DNA from: Lepidodermella squamata
Lineage: Eukaryota > Animalia > Gastrotricha
Length of the DNA: 64,000 nucleotides
Direction: 5' to 3'
Assembly (NCBI GenBank): GCA_047495785.1
Contig: JBLDXI010000001.1
Coordinates: 1,674,001-1,738,000, forward strand
Shown here: positions 62,137 to 64,000 of the stretch, in pieces
Layout: every line of letters starts with the position of its first letter
Position numbering within the stretch: position 1 is the first letter of the stretch
The notes under the pieces: model-generated
What the model saw: only the letters and a program-made list of their open reading frames with translations
Told to the model about the DNA's origin: nothing
Database searches by the model: none
Position numbers and translations under genes: made by a program

Positions 62137-63695
62137 TAAAACTGGCAATACAAATTTTATTCATCAATCAAAAGTCCGGTGCATTTTTAAATTTAATATA
62201 ATGATATTCACGTTCGAAATGAAAATAAACCTTGATGAATCAGAGCGAATCGGTCATGTTTCGTCTACATCTACGGCTTCGGATTAGACTTCTACAGTAA
62301 CTGAGCAGCCTTCGAAATTTTAATCTATTCATTTATTATTTATTTATTATTTTATTTTAAAGCTGTTACCTACACGAGAGGGCAGCTCGACAATCTTAGA
62401 GAAAACAACATATAGCAGGACAGACTAAGTTAGGATACTTCAGGCTATGATTTCTGAAAAGTTTGATGCTCGGCTGGGTTAGATAATAAACAGACGAAAG
62501 CCAGTTGACGAAAATGCGCGCTTCTCATTTATTGCCCATGATTTATTGCGCGCACTAGCAGAGTCTAAAATTTCAACAAATTTTGGAGCGCGCGCACTGA
62601 TGTCAAAGGGCTACTTTCGAATAATTGGGCGGCTTTAGTACCAGAATAAAATTCCGATAAGATTCTCTATCGATTGAGTCGATTGGTCCTCGGGCAAAAA
62701 TGTCCCAACATTTCCAAAATTCGTTTTTCTGCGAACAAGCAGAATTTATTGCACCCTAATAAAATTCAAAATTTTGAATTCTATATTGCGCACCTGTCAA
62801 CCCTGTCTGGCGGCGTCGGTGGTCTACATCAAATAACCCATGGCCCATGTGTTATATAATACATAATTCTTTTCGAAGCAAAAACATTTGATTGGCTCTA
62901 ATTTAATTAAAATACCCGCCATCATCATATGTGTAAATTGAGCACGAGCCGCTGGTCTTTCGCCTGTCAAGGTTTGAAGGGGTCTGAATTTATTTTAACA
63001 TTATCGAGCAACTTCGATATGTGCGCTCTTCGCAGTTCTAGACTCAGACCATTCTAAATTTCAAGTGTGACTTTGACGGCGGTTTCATCCCCGTCTTTTG
63101 CCTTGGGGCGCCAAGGTGTCTTCGAATTTGCCTCAGAAATCTCAGAAATGTTTCGCCTTTCGAACATGTATCGAGCAATGCGCAGCTCAATTGGTTTCGG
63201 GAAATAGATCGGTATCTATATACTGCGGTCCAATGCATTATCAATTTGTTAAGATAAGGTTTAGATATTTCGACTTTTTCGATGCTTTTTTGGCGAGAAT
63301 TTAGAAAATCGGAAAAAATTATGAAGAAACCACGATCGAAGTTGCATTTTATATTTTATTTTTTTCAATATTTTGTTATTTAATTATAAGTGTTTTAATC
63401 TACAATTTGAATCGATCAAAAAATGGAAAATGGTAACCCAATTTACGTAGCTTCAGGTCTTTTGGACGATATCTGTCCGATTCGGTGCTAATTACTAAGC
63501 TGACACATCATAGCACAGAAAAAGCTTTGTTTTCGAAGTGAAAACCGTAAAAATAGCCTCGTTTGCTTGTTCACGCGGCGTTAATTTTTACAGCTGCTTT
63601 GCAATTTGACATGAGAAGACATGTAGTATAATATCTACTGACGTGAATATAATAATGTTTTTTTAGTTTTTCACAAAAAGCCTCGCCTCAAAAAA

Positions 63696-64000
63696 ATGAG
63701 CTTTCATGCCAGGCGGCCATCCGGTGCAACTTTGAAGAACATCGCCAAAGTTGCATGTTTCCTCGCGTTATTATTCTTCCTGGTCGTCTTTCAAATACCA
63801 TCAAACCCGGGACAAACCCTATCATCTCCTATTATCGAAACTGAATCTGGCTTAGTGCAAGGAAGCCTGGTCAACCTGGGCCCGGCAATGCAGGAGGTTT
63901 ATCAATTCACCGCAATACCTTACGCTGATGCGCCGGTGGGTGCGAGAAGGTTCCGCCGAGCCGAGCCCAGGGCGCCGTGGGAAGATGTCCTCGAAGCTGT
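63696..64000 (+). CDS. CCE16: carboxylesterase-family gene, 5' part (runs off window)
   Basis: MSFHARRPSGATLKNIAKVACFLALLFFLVVFQ...SPIIETESGLVQG...EVYQFTAIPYADAPVGARRFRRAEPRAPW; not in the ORF track because no stop is reached. Confidence 0.88.
   Translation, partial: MSFHARRPSGATLKNIAKVACFLALLFFLVVFQIPSNPGQTLSSPIIETESGLVQGSLVNLGPAMQEVYQFTAIPYADAPVGARRFRRAEPRAPWEDVLEA

Overview
Eukaryotic (compact-genome invertebrate animal) DNA with many ~50-60 nt GT-AG introns; the organism cannot be identified from sequence alone. The window is almost wholly a + strand tandem array of 16 type-B carboxylesterase/cholinesterase-fold genes, which I label CCE1-CCE16 (15 complete in span, 1 cut by the window end). 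Interleaved with them, also on +, are three ML-domain (NPC2/MD-2/Der p 2-like) lipid-binding genes, a cyclic nucleotide-gated channel alpha-type gene with a divergent pore, a small secreted repeat-peptide gene and the 3' end of a Cys-rich EB-like gene. The esterases lack the AChE choline-binding Trp. Three have lost the catalytic Ser, and several carry different terminal extensions: GPI-like, signal-anchor, Tyr/Pro-rich, Arg/Pro-rich or polybasic. CCE8-10 are a recent triplication with a chimeric middle copy, datable by nested DNA transposons. CCE15 is interrupted in-exon by a TIR transposon. The largest channel intron holds a 199-bp inverted repeat around a symmetric divergent TATA promoter. 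Splice models were built by eye and boundaries may be off by a few nt.
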